The notes under the pieces are model-generated. The model made no database searches and was not told the DNA's origin. It was given only the letters and a program-made list of their open reading frames with translations. Below, piece by piece: positions 34,911 through 43,892 of a DNA stretch of 64,000 bases. The first letter of the stretch is position 1; each line of letters opens with the position of its first letter. Position numbers and translations under genes: made by a program. The DNA is from a virus, in the IMG/VR virus record IMGVR_UViG_3300022602_002120, positions 124,802 through 188,801 of that record, one strand, 5' to 3'.

Positions 34911-35440
34911 AGTCTGTGATTAATGACATCCCAGTCAATAATGCGCCAAATGTTAGTTAAATATTTGGCTTTGTCTGCGCCGTAGTCAGTAAACCAAGCA
35001 TGTTCCCACCAATCAATTAATAGGGCAATATCTGTACGCTTTTGGTGATTGTCGATGGTTTTAATAGTGCCAGTTTTGCTTAGATAGATCCAATGGCTGC
35101 CTTGTAGCTTCATGGCCTTAGTAGCTATTTCTTCTTTAAATTTATCAAAGGTACCAAATTTACGTTCAATTAATGCTTTTACAGCGCCAGTTGGTTTGTT
35201 AGTAGTACGTGGCGCACGTAGTTGTGGAAAGAATAAGTTGTGTAGGAAAGCACCAGCGGCGTTAAATGTTTTATCACCCTCGCCCTTGTTGAAACGATCC
35301 ACATAGCCTTTAGCTAGTTTACCATAGTGATTGTCTATGTTTGCTTTACTTAGTACAGGCGCAAGTGCTGATCTAGAGTAAGGTAGTTTGACTAACTCTA
35401 ATTTCTCTTTGCTTTCTGTTAGGAAGTCTCTAGCTCTCAT
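34907..35440 (-). CDS. sod: Fe/Mn superoxide dismutase with N-terminal capsid-targeting-like leader
   Basis: LPY..AL.P, HYGK, LHN.FF, DWWEHAW (all four metal ligands); leader MRARDFLTE. Confidence 0.88.
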   Translation of the reverse strand: MRARDFLTESKEKLELVKLPYSRSALAPVLSKANIDNHYGKLAKGYVDRFNKGEGDKTFNAAGAFLHNLFFPQLRAPRTTNKPTGAVKALIERKFGTFDKFKEEIATKAMKLQGSHWIYLSKTGTIKTIDNHQKRTDIALLIDWWEHAWFTDYGADKAKYLTNIWRIIDWDVINHRL

Positions 35441-36447
35441 TAGCAGTTCCAGCGACGGCGTGCTTTACAAATTGCCTTATCTGGAGTCTTTTGACAGCTG
35501 ATATTGTGCATTTTCATCTGTCCCTTACTGCGACTACAATAGCTCTTACGGCGTTTGCTGGCTTTACTACCTTTCTTTAGTTTACTAGGTTTAGTAGTTA
35601 CGGCTGTTTTTAATTTGCTACCAGGGTGTTCACGACGGTATGAAGCTACTGCTTTCTTGCTCATGCCATCTGTTTTGTCATGTTTATTAACTTTTTGCCA
35701 ATCTTCATTTACTGGGTCTTGTGTTACAGCAAATACATATAATTCATCGTCTGACAATGATTCTAAGTCTTCCCAAACAACTTCACTATCGACATTATTC
35801 TTAGCGGCAATATGCTCGACTATTGTTTCAATCATGTCAAACTCTTGATCTAGTTCTTCGTTAATGCCTGCTTTTTTCTTTTTAGCAATAGCAATAGCGG
35901 CCTGTTGTGCGGCATTAGCGGCTTCATCTACGCTTTCGTTAGGCACACAGTTATTAACTCTGACGCCACCTTTGATCTTAGTGCCTTCTTTGTGTTTGCC
36001 TTTCCAACATTTTGCATCTAAGCGTTGTTTAGTTTCGGGTAACATTACAGGGTCAGCAGCTAAATATTGTGGAAATTTTGCATCAAACATGCGCATCATA
36101 ATACCAGCTTGTTCATGTGCTTGATTTTCTTCTGGACTACCCGTGCGCCAACTACCGCCGGCTAATTCATGCTCTTCGTTTTGTTTGTAGTGTACCATTT
36201 CATGTGCTAAGGTACGGATAATGTCTACAGGATTTCGATTGTCAATTACCACAGTGATAATTCTAGTATCATTTTCAAAACGACCAAATGTAGGCACATG
36301 TGTGCCACTTATTTCTTTTGCTAGTTTAATTTTAGGCATATGATCTAATTTCAAATGCTTAACAGCAATAGGTAAAAAGTCACGTAGCGCATCGATTAGC
36401 GTTAATTTATTAGGACCTTCAGTGTCAAACATTTCAAATAAGTTCAT
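35440..36447 (-). CDS. modular protein: HExxH metallopeptidase-like domain plus basic Cys-containing modules
   Basis: TLAHEMVH; CWKG...NCVP; RRKSYCSRS...RRRWNC (DUF6321-like). Confidence 0.7.
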   Translation of the reverse strand: MNLFEMFDTEGPNKLTLIDALRDFLPIAVKHLKLDHMPKIKLAKEISGTHVPTFGRFENDTRIITVVIDNRNPVDIIRTLAHEMVHYKQNEEHELAGGSWRTGSPEENQAHEQAGIMMRMFDAKFPQYLAADPVMLPETKQRLDAKCWKGKHKEGTKIKGGVRVNNCVPNESVDEAANAAQQAAIAIAKKKKAGINEELDQEFDMIETIVEHIAAKNNVDSEVVWEDLESLSDDELYVFAVTQDPVNEDWQKVNKHDKTDGMSKKAVASYRREHPGSKLKTAVTTKPSKLKKGSKASKRRKSYCSRSKGQMKMHNISCQKTPDKAICKARRRWNC

Positions 36448-39400
36448 TATACTAATCCTGCTAATCTTTTTATTGTATTTAGTGATTCGTTTGTTTGATT
36501 TATAGCACGAATGTCCAACGCACCATTGGCTAATCCTAGATCTCGTTCATGTTCACGTGCTTTTCTTACAGCATATACAACATCGCCTTGACTTACGCGA
36601 CTAACCACTTGACCAGTTGCGGGATTATAAATTTCCCATTCGCTGTGCTCTGGATCAACACCTTGCGGAGTCTCCTCTTCATCACCACCGCCCATAAGGT
36701 CATTGATATCCTCGTCATCATGCGATCGCATATCCTGTGAAATCTGCTCACGCTCGCGACGCATACGTTCACGCTCATCAGCATCATCTGCAAAAGTATT
36801 AGTTGGTGCGTCATCGTCAGGGTTAATACCGTTAGCACGCAATTGACGTTTAAGTAAAATTCTAATGTAGGCTAACTGTTGATCAGTTAGAGTAAGGTTA
36901 CGGCCAGCATCCTCACGCGATAGATTTCTTAACATATTGATAAGATGCATATCTGCGCTATAACTTAGATCATTAGCAATGTAATCTTTCCAATGCTGTG
37001 GCAATGTGTCAAACACTGGATTTCTAGTAGTATCATCGTTATCTACAGCATCATTATTGCTACGACGGCGTAGTTCAGTCTCAATAGCTGTCTTGACAAA
37101 TGCTACTTGATTACTATATAGTCCACTACCAATACCTCTACCTGCTGCAAGGTGATCAAGAGCCTGGCGCAATTCTAAATCATGATGCTCACCTACACGC
37201 TCTAGCCAAGATCTAGTACCTTCTGGTAAACTGTCAAATACTTCTCTAGGACCAGTTTCGCCTTGATCTTGTCTGCGACGTAGTTCATCATCAATGGCTC
37301 TGATCACAGCATCACGTTGCTGTTGTGAAGTCAAGCTATTATTGTGTTGCCCGTTTTGAATATCACGGCGGAAATCAGCAATAGTGGCAGTGCCTCTATT
37401 AGGTAATGTGTCAACCCAGTTACGCCAATCTTGTGAGATAGCATGTACCGCACCAGCATCTTGTGTAGTAGCAATGGCTTCTAAGTCATTGGCATCAACT
37501 GCCAGACCGTGTTCTCTTGCGAACAATTCTACTGCTTTAACTTTGGCTTGACGAGGGCTATCAGCATCAACATATACTGAACTACCACTTTGGGAATTAA
37601 CTCTCCAGCGTGTACTGTTATTGTCTACTGCGCTACCACCTTGGCGGCGTGCTAATTCTTGGCCGAGCAAATTGGTAATGAGGGTTATCTGTTGAGCAGT
37701 TAAAATATTCTCATACGAATCCATTCCGTCAAACTCTGCTTGTAATTCGTCACTTCTGATATTAGCAATATTGGTCAGACGTCGTTGCCAAGCTTCTGGT
37801 AAACTGTCAAATATTTCTCTGCTATTAGATGCGCCACCTTGTCTGCGGCGTAGTTCTTTATCAATTTGTTGGATAATCCAAACATTAGCCGCTTGATCTA
37901 GTCCATCCCTGCCGTCTTTAATTCTCGCTCTAACATCGTTTGCTACGGCCACAGTAACACGTGGTAATGTATCTTCAACCCAACCCTTCCATCCTTCAGG
38001 CACTGAGTCTGGGATTTGTGTACTAGATTCTTTACGGAACTCAATTAGTTCATTGATGTAGTCTAGTAGATACTGTGTACTAGCATCATCTAGATAACTA
38101 AAATTCCCAGCTTTAAGTTCTTGTTCAATTCTAAACAATTCATTTGCGTCTGCTGTTGGTGCTTTATCTTTGATCCAATCTCTCCAGCCACCAGTTAATG
38201 ATTCTGGTGCTGGTTTAGTTGGTGCTGGACCTGGAGGAGTACGTTCAAAAGGCTCAGCTTTGAGTTTAGATATACTGTCCTCACGCTTCATGCCTAATTG
38301 CTTACCACCTTTAATGATAGCATCTGTAGTACTTTGAGCAAAGACCATTTGTTTACCGCCAGTACCGTCTTTGTTCATAACCCAGTACTGTTGTTCTTCA
38401 CCTTTCTTCTCTTTACGTGCTACCTGTGCTTGACGAACATTGCTGACTAATTCGTCTTTCTTAATTTCACCCATAGCATAGCGACTGAATAGAGATACTG
38501 AATTGTTAGGATCAGTCCAATCACCTTCATTTGGACTTACTAACTTGTATAACTTCTTAGCGTATTCTTGTTTGTAAGCATTGTCATCTGTGGCAATGCG
38601 TAAGGCCTGTGCTAGACGTAGAGCAGTACCAGTTAGTTTAGTTAAGTCTTGATCTAAATAATCACCACCTGGGCCACGGAATTCTACATATTTGTCTTTG
38701 GTGTTGATACTTGTATACTTTTGTGTAACGCCGCTGTGTATTAGTTTACTAGCAGCCGCACCAAGATGTTCTTTCATCTTGTTTAATAGGGCTGTGGCAT
38801 TTTCTGGATTCTGTTCAATTTTTTCTTTGACAATCTTCATTGCGCTCTTACAGAAACTATTGTATTGACGACCAAACTCTTTAAGTACGTGTTCATCACC
38901 TAGGAACAATGCTAGTTTAACATAGTCTAGGTTTTCAATAGTCATGTTAGGCACACTGATATTCATGTGCAGGCCAGTTGACTTGTTAGTGTAACAACCA
39001 GCTGCATTAGCCCACTCTTTAACTTTCTTCATCATCTCAAGGCCATCTTTAAGTGGCATTGCTGGACTAATGAACTCTAGGCCTGCGTCACCTTGGTCTG
39101 CGTCAATTGACCCATCTGGTTCAATGATGAAATAACCTTGTCTTTGTTGTTCACTACGACTACCACTGTGGTAGTTGCTGTATCCACGAGCTGGGAATCC
39201 TGTATAGTCTGAAAAATCTTCTGCTACTTGATCTACATCTTGATCGCCACCTTCGCTGTAGTTAGCATCATACATGTGTGGCCAATCTAAGTCCCAACGG
39301 CGATGTGCGTCCTGCATGTCGTCTACGCCAATTGATTCTAACCAATCTGTTTGACTGGCATAGTTGTCACGGTACTCATCTCGCAATTCTTCTTCAGCCG

Positions 39401-39995
39401 CTTCACGGGCACGTTCGTACTCGCGACTGTCTGCTTCTTCAATCTGCTCATCTATCCAGCGATCCATCCATGCTAATGTTAATGCACGTACACGCTCTTC
39501 TATAGCAGCGTCATCATCCGGTAATAGTTCACCTAATTCTTTCTTAGCATCTGCGACAAATTCATCGTAATGATCATTGCTGGCATCACGAGCATCATCC
39601 TGTAGATTCTCACGAGTTTTCTTAATTACTTCATCTGAGTTTTCGTCTACGTAGTTTTGTGCGGCTTCGTATTGCCACTCTAGATATTCGTCATATAATT
39701 GACTGCGTAGACGGCCAGCATCACTGCGACTCATGCTACTGAATTCACCCATACGGAAGAAGTTAATAAGTTCGTCAATGTCAGCAACACTTTCGTTGGC
39801 ATCCCAGTCGTGTTCCCATTCAGGCTCGTCATCACCTGAACTGGCATTTGGTACGCAGAGCTCAAACTCTATTCCAAGCAACATTCCCTCAGCTTCGGGG
39901 CTATTAGCAAATTTTTCCAATGAACTAGGACTCATTGACACTTCGTCAATAATCTCTGCTTCTCGTAGGGCTTGTTTTATTTGACTATAACGCAT
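36447..39995 (-). CDS. giant putative amidoligase (COOH-NH2 ligase) with C-terminal repeats
   Basis: GIEFE, EPDGSI, LEFISP, NKSTGLHMNIS, KYTSIN, VEFRG; 1182 aa. Confidence 0.8.
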   Translation of the reverse strand: MRYSQIKQALREAEIIDEVSMSPSSLEKFANSPEAEGMLLGIEFELCVPNASSGDDEPEWEHDWDANESVADIDELINFFRMGEFSSMSRSDAGRLRSQLYDEYLEWQYEAAQNYVDENSDEVIKKTRENLQDDARDASNDHYDEFVADAKKELGELLPDDDAAIEERVRALTLAWMDRWIDEQIEEADSREYERAREAAEEELRDEYRDNYASQTDWLESIGVDDMQDAHRRWDLDWPHMYDANYSEGGDQDVDQVAEDFSDYTGFPARGYSNYHSGSRSEQQRQGYFIIEPDGSIDADQGDAGLEFISPAMPLKDGLEMMKKVKEWANAAGCYTNKSTGLHMNISVPNMTIENLDYVKLALFLGDEHVLKEFGRQYNSFCKSAMKIVKEKIEQNPENATALLNKMKEHLGAAASKLIHSGVTQKYTSINTKDKYVEFRGPGGDYLDQDLTKLTGTALRLAQALRIATDDNAYKQEYAKKLYKLVSPNEGDWTDPNNSVSLFSRYAMGEIKKDELVSNVRQAQVARKEKKGEEQQYWVMNKDGTGGKQMVFAQSTTDAIIKGGKQLGMKREDSISKLKAEPFERTPPGPAPTKPAPESLTGGWRDWIKDKAPTADANELFRIEQELKAGNFSYLDDASTQYLLDYINELIEFRKESSTQIPDSVPEGWKGWVEDTLPRVTVAVANDVRARIKDGRDGLDQAANVWIIQQIDKELRRRQGGASNSREIFDSLPEAWQRRLTNIANIRSDELQAEFDGMDSYENILTAQQITLITNLLGQELARRQGGSAVDNNSTRWRVNSQSGSSVYVDADSPRQAKVKAVELFAREHGLAVDANDLEAIATTQDAGAVHAISQDWRNWVDTLPNRGTATIADFRRDIQNGQHNNSLTSQQQRDAVIRAIDDELRRRQDQGETGPREVFDSLPEGTRSWLERVGEHHDLELRQALDHLAAGRGIGSGLYSNQVAFVKTAIETELRRRSNNDAVDNDDTTRNPVFDTLPQHWKDYIANDLSYSADMHLINMLRNLSREDAGRNLTLTDQQLAYIRILLKRQLRANGINPDDDAPTNTFADDADERERMRREREQISQDMRSHDDEDINDLMGGGDEEETPQGVDPEHSEWEIYNPATGQVVSRVSQGDVVYAVRKAREHERDLGLANGALDIRAINQTNESLNTIKRLAGLV
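36830..38205 (-). repeat. six degenerate ~65-70 aa helical repeats within the amidoligase
   Basis: Units begin (F)DSLP..W..W and end I..ELRRR; nucleotide similarity e.g. ggtaaactgtcaaata near 37225 and 37798. Confidence 0.8.
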
Positions 39996-40001
39996 AATTA
40001 A

Positions 40002-40007
40002 TATTTA
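40002..40007 (-). promoter_or_regulatory. T4-like late promoter (TAAATA)
   Basis: ATAAATA just upstream of the amidoligase ATG; same hexamer precedes many genes. Confidence 0.65.
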
Positions 40008-40021
40008 TCTTACTTTTATTC

Positions 40022-40095
40022 TTGCTCACTTTTGGCATCCCTCCAGGCCAGCAGCCGGCCACACAACCGTAAGGTTTAACGGTCCTAGGTGTGTT
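40022..40095 (-). ncRNA. candidate structured RNA with pseudoknot
   Basis: GC-rich intergenic island: ACACA/UGUGU and ACCGU/ACGGU stems around CCUAGG bulge, GGCC hairpin with loop GGCUGCU complementary to downstream AGUGAGC. Confidence 0.5.
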
Positions 40096-40097
40096 CT

Positions 40098-40196
40098 TTA
40101 CGACAGTATTACAGTAAAAACAACAGCCCATGACCAAGCAATTAATCCAACTACTATGGTTAGGGGTAAGTTCTCAAATGTAAAATATTCTTTCAT
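40098..40196 (-). CDS. 32 aa single-TM peptide
   Basis: MKEYFTFENLPLTIVVGLIAWSWAVVFTVILS; ATGA overlap with upstream gene. Confidence 0.55.
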   Translation of the reverse strand: MKEYFTFENLPLTIVVGLIAWSWAVVFTVILS

Positions 40197-41368
40197 AAGT
40201 ATCCAACCCACGCAGGACCTTTATATCCTTGTGGGTATGCTTGTAAGTGCTGTATAGTTCTATGCCAGCCTTCTGCTAAATCGTATCCCTGTGCTGTTTT
40301 GAATACAATAATAGGTTCTTGACTAACACCTTGTGTTTGTATCATTGCCTGCTGTGTAGCATGACGTTCAGCATCTTTAGGAACACCGTAAGGGTTAGCA
40401 CTTCCCCCCGCACGAAGTTTAATACGTTGTTGTGTTTCTGGTGTAAAAATATCTAAGGTAATTGGTAATGTTTCTAAACGCCATTGGCTAACTGGATAAT
40501 CTTTTTTAATGCCCTGCATCCAATCTGCCAACTCTGCCGAATCAGTGATGCCTTTGGCATTTTTATATAACCAATCATTAACCACATAAGCTGGCCAGTT
40601 AGGAAACTGTTGCTGTAGATAATCCTGCAACTTGTTTCTTAGTTCGTTAATAACTTGTTCATCTAAACTCAATTCTTGGTCAAACTTTTGTGTTTTTGAT
40701 TTGTACAGCTTGTCCATGTAACCTTTGTTACGTAGGATTTTAAATGCTAGATTCTCTGTTGAGAATTCACCGTTGGCATCTAGGCCAGCTTGACGCATTG
40801 ACTTAATTTTATCTTTAAGACGATCTAGGTCTTCTACACTACCTGATCGAATGGCGCGATTGACCTGTGTGATTAAATCACGAGCCTTGGCATTAACAGC
40901 ACGATCATCAATGCTAGGTTCTTCATGTTTAGGAATACGAACCCATTTATCATCTAAGACATCGTATGTTCCTGAGCTGATGTTTTTAGCATCGACGTCT
41001 TCTACGTAAAGTTCTACTTCATAGCCTTTGATAGTAATGTCATGTTCGTCATTCCATATTTTTTTCTTGGCCATGTAAAACTGTTCTGTGATATCACAGC
41101 CTAGATCAGCATAGTTGGTAACTAGGTGTAGATCAAAGTCACTGTAAGGAGTATAGTTGTAGTTAGCTAGGCTACCACGTAATAAGATACCCGATAGTTT
41201 AAAGTTAGGTACTTCTAGGTATTCGATAAAACGATGTGCTATTTCTAATAGCCTATAGCGTACATCAATACGAAGTTTATGACCCTTGCCAAATACATCA
41301 TCCCATACTTCGGGATTTAGTTGATCATGGTAAGCAATATTACCTTTGACTAGATCCTTGGCTCGCAT
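40193..41368 (-). CDS. Pol-beta-family nucleotidyltransferase fused to ParB/Srx-like domain
   Basis: GSLANY...SDFDLH and VELYVED; C-terminal PIIV...LAEGWHR. Confidence 0.72.
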   Translation of the reverse strand: MRAKDLVKGNIAYHDQLNPEVWDDVFGKGHKLRIDVRYRLLEIAHRFIEYLEVPNFKLSGILLRGSLANYNYTPYSDFDLHLVTNYADLGCDITEQFYMAKKKIWNDEHDITIKGYEVELYVEDVDAKNISSGTYDVLDDKWVRIPKHEEPSIDDRAVNAKARDLITQVNRAIRSGSVEDLDRLKDKIKSMRQAGLDANGEFSTENLAFKILRNKGYMDKLYKSKTQKFDQELSLDEQVINELRNKLQDYLQQQFPNWPAYVVNDWLYKNAKGITDSAELADWMQGIKKDYPVSQWRLETLPITLDIFTPETQQRIKLRAGGSANPYGVPKDAERHATQQAMIQTQGVSQEPIIVFKTAQGYDLAEGWHRTIQHLQAYPQGYKGPAWVGYL

Positions 41369-42489
41369 TATTTTAAACCAGATAGTTTACGAATTGCGTC
41401 TACGCTTTCATTAACGTCGTCTTCACCTGGGAATTTATGCCCACGACCACGAACAACGTATTCGCCGGCGTGTGCGGCTTTTTCAGCTTCACTAGCTTTC
41501 CATGCACGTAGATGTTTTAATCTACTGGTCATTTTAGGATCATCTTTGTGTTTTTCTAAAGTTTTGTCCCAATCACTTTGTTGTTCTGCGTGACGAGCAT
41601 TGGCCGCATCAGCACCCCAACCTTCATCTGTACGGTCTTCCATTTTATCTACAATCTTGTAGTGTTTAGGACCAACCATTTGGATATCATAGTTGTCATC
41701 ATCTGATGCTTTAAATGGACGAATTCCACGAGCACCTTGTTTACTTGGCTTAGTTCCAATTTTTCTTATTTGCAGTGAGCCGTTTGGTGTAAAGCCATCT
41801 GTGGTTAAATCTGCTCGTTCAACATGTCCGCGGGCACCTAGCACATAGCTGTCTACTGTGTTGCCTGCTTTAAGTAGGTTGTCTACAATTTGAACAATGA
41901 GACTAACTTTGCCGCCTTCATCATCACCACGTGGAGTTTCAACAAATTCGTCTAATTCGTCTTTATCTTGACCTAAATGTTTGCCAAAATCTTTAGCTAG
42001 ATCTTTAGTAAATTTTTTAGTATCTTTTACAGGTTTACCTTGAACAGCTTTTTGTCCTGGCTCTAAATCCTGTGATCCCCATGGTTTGTAATCTTCTTGA
42101 TCTCCATGTTCGTTTAATTCGCTCTCACCTAGTCTAGAACGACTAGCGGCACGTGCTGCCATGTTTGCTACTCCTGCTTCGGACTTTTCTTTAGCTTTAG
42201 CAGGATCTTCATTTTTAACTGTTAAGATATCTGTTGAGAACTTAATCTTGCTTGGATTGATGCTGTCGATATAGTGTTGTAGTTCTGGGCTAGCATGGTT
42301 AACTGCCACTAGATCTTTAAGCATAAACGGATGGCCTAAGGCCGCCGATACTTTGGTAGTGATAACATCTGGACTTACTTCTGTATGTCCTTCACCAATA
42401 AGTTTAATAACTTCTGCTACTACAGCATTGGCTTCATCACTGTCACCCATACCTTCATTAACTCTACGTGTAAATTGTTTTGCTCTCAT
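41368..42489 (-). CDS. modular virion-associated hypothetical protein
   Basis: 373 aa; MRAKQF leader, multiple xNE/xDE junctions, C-terminal IRKLSGLK. Confidence 0.7.
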   Translation of the reverse strand: MRAKQFTRRVNEGMGDSDEANAVVAEVIKLIGEGHTEVSPDVITTKVSAALGHPFMLKDLVAVNHASPELQHYIDSINPSKIKFSTDILTVKNEDPAKAKEKSEAGVANMAARAASRSRLGESELNEHGDQEDYKPWGSQDLEPGQKAVQGKPVKDTKKFTKDLAKDFGKHLGQDKDELDEFVETPRGDDEGGKVSLIVQIVDNLLKAGNTVDSYVLGARGHVERADLTTDGFTPNGSLQIRKIGTKPSKQGARGIRPFKASDDDNYDIQMVGPKHYKIVDKMEDRTDEGWGADAANARHAEQQSDWDKTLEKHKDDPKMTSRLKHLRAWKASEAEKAAHAGEYVVRGRGHKFPGEDDVNESVDAIRKLSGLK

Positions 42490-42498
42490 TTTATTTTC

Positions 42499-43245
42499 CT
42501 AGATATCTAAATTTGCAAAAGCTCTAAACCAAGCACCTGTGCCCGGTAATGGACTACTCTCTGGTAATACTAAATTGTCACGAGCAAATGCTTCTTTGGC
42601 ATCTGCTATTAATTGTTCAAAGTCTGTGCGACCTTTTATACTTTTAATTATCGTTTCTACATTGGCTAAGTCTTTGCCTGTATGTCCTTGACCTAATAAA
42701 TGAACAGCAATTTCATTGGGGTCTCGAGTAATAACTTCATTAGTGGTACGATCAACTAGGCCAAACTTTTGACTGAATTTTAAGTTCTGTGCCTTGGCTA
42801 GACTAGCTAATAATATATTACGATGTACACCTTTAAATTGACTACCAGGTGTGCCACCAGCTAGGGCAAAATGTTGCCAGTCTGGCGTATCTGTAAACAT
42901 AAAATCTGTTTGTACATAACCATTAGTTGGATCACCTAAGATAGGAGTTTTTAAATGTACAGCATCTCCGGATTTTTTAATGTCGACATTTTTAATACCA
43001 CGTTTTAATAATTGTTGTATTAGTACATCTTTACTTACTTTAGTAGAATCAACACCAAGGTCTAGATCACCGCTGGTCTCTGCTCGGCCTGTTGAACCTA
43101 GCATATTATCTACTAGATTTAATCCAGTAAGTTGCTCTAACCATTGTACTGTAGGTACAACATTATCTCGGGTAATGCGTTTTGTGTCTGGAAGGCCTTT
43201 GGCATCTTTAAAAACATTGCCGCCTTCTAATAACTTAGTAACCAT
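42499..43245 (-). CDS. Pol-beta-family nucleotidyltransferase-like protein
   Basis: LGSTG...SGDLDL motif, VQTDFM third acidic residue. Confidence 0.7.
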   Translation of the reverse strand: MVTKLLEGGNVFKDAKGLPDTKRITRDNVVPTVQWLEQLTGLNLVDNMLGSTGRAETSGDLDLGVDSTKVSKDVLIQQLLKRGIKNVDIKKSGDAVHLKTPILGDPTNGYVQTDFMFTDTPDWQHFALAGGTPGSQFKGVHRNILLASLAKAQNLKFSQKFGLVDRTTNEVITRDPNEIAVHLLGQGHTGKDLANVETIIKSIKGRTDFEQLIADAKEAFARDNLVLPESSPLPGTGAWFRAFANLDI

Positions 43246-43789
43246 ATGCGTGTGCTAGTCCTCGTGCTACTATATCTAAACTGTCTTCATCTGCTTGATA
43301 TTTAATACCAATGCCTCCACGTGCCTTCCAACGACTAATGTTAGTGCCTCGATCATCAATTAAGATATTAGGACTACCATCTGAGTTTACAGCGTGTGTT
43401 TCTTTTGTGCCTGTGATAACTATATCATTTGGTTGTGGGCTTAGGTGTTGCTTAATCCATTCACGTTTCCAGTGTTCGCTGTTCTTATGGTCGCCACGTA
43501 AGGGGCTTGAACAAATACTGTAATCGGGTACATAACTTAAGACTAATTGTACTAGACTAGGTGCTGTTGGAAACATAGGTAATCGGGCAAAAAAGTCTGT
43601 ACCTACCATTTTATTCAATGTAGGATCCTCTTTTGCTGGAGGAATTGATCTGTAATCATGTTTGCCAAAATTATCTGCAGGTACTCCTGCTAATTTAGCA
43701 TATTCATGAAAGAAATCAGCAAGAACACCATCCATATCTAAATAGATTTTAGTGTGATCTGTTGCTCTAATTAGTTCTTCTGCTCGCAT
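43235..43789 (-). CDS. HAD 5'(3')-deoxyribonucleotidase (NT5C-like)
   Basis: IYLDMDGVLADF, K..W, LIDDR motifs; start reassigned to MRAEEL. Confidence 0.88.
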   Translation of the reverse strand: MRAEELIRATDHTKIYLDMDGVLADFFHEYAKLAGVPADNFGKHDYRSIPPAKEDPTLNKMVGTDFFARLPMFPTAPSLVQLVLSYVPDYSICSSPLRGDHKNSEHWKREWIKQHLSPQPNDIVITGTKETHAVNSDGSPNILIDDRGTNISRWKARGGIGIKYQADEDSLDIVARGLAHAYGY

Positions 43790-43822
43790 AATGTAGTATT
43801 TATCGTAATTTAATATATGAGC

Positions 43823-43851
43823 ATTATACACGATTTTGGTATGTTAGTCAA
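43823..43851 (-). promoter_or_regulatory. sigma70-type promoter
   Basis: TTGACT-N17-TATAAT; late TAAATA also at 43797-43802. Confidence 0.75.
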
Positions 43852-43852
43852 C

Positions 43853-43880
43853 AAAAAACCGCCACTTGGGCGGTTCTTTT
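43853..43880 (-). terminator. intrinsic terminator
   Basis: AACCGCC-CAAGT-GGCGGTTTTTT after HNH gene. Confidence 0.8.
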
Positions 43881-43892
43881 GGGTTGGATTAA

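Noticed and set aside
36593-36838. Overlapping alternative-frame minus-strand ORFs (also 623-847, 6881-7069, 10126-10374, 15972-16334, 44482-44769, 54307-54576)
   Set aside because: Fully nested in other frames of real genes, with no SD and no recognisable motifs
40022-40095. Simple intrinsic terminator
   Set aside because: No U-tract after the stems and too elaborate a structure; kept as an ncRNA candidate instead
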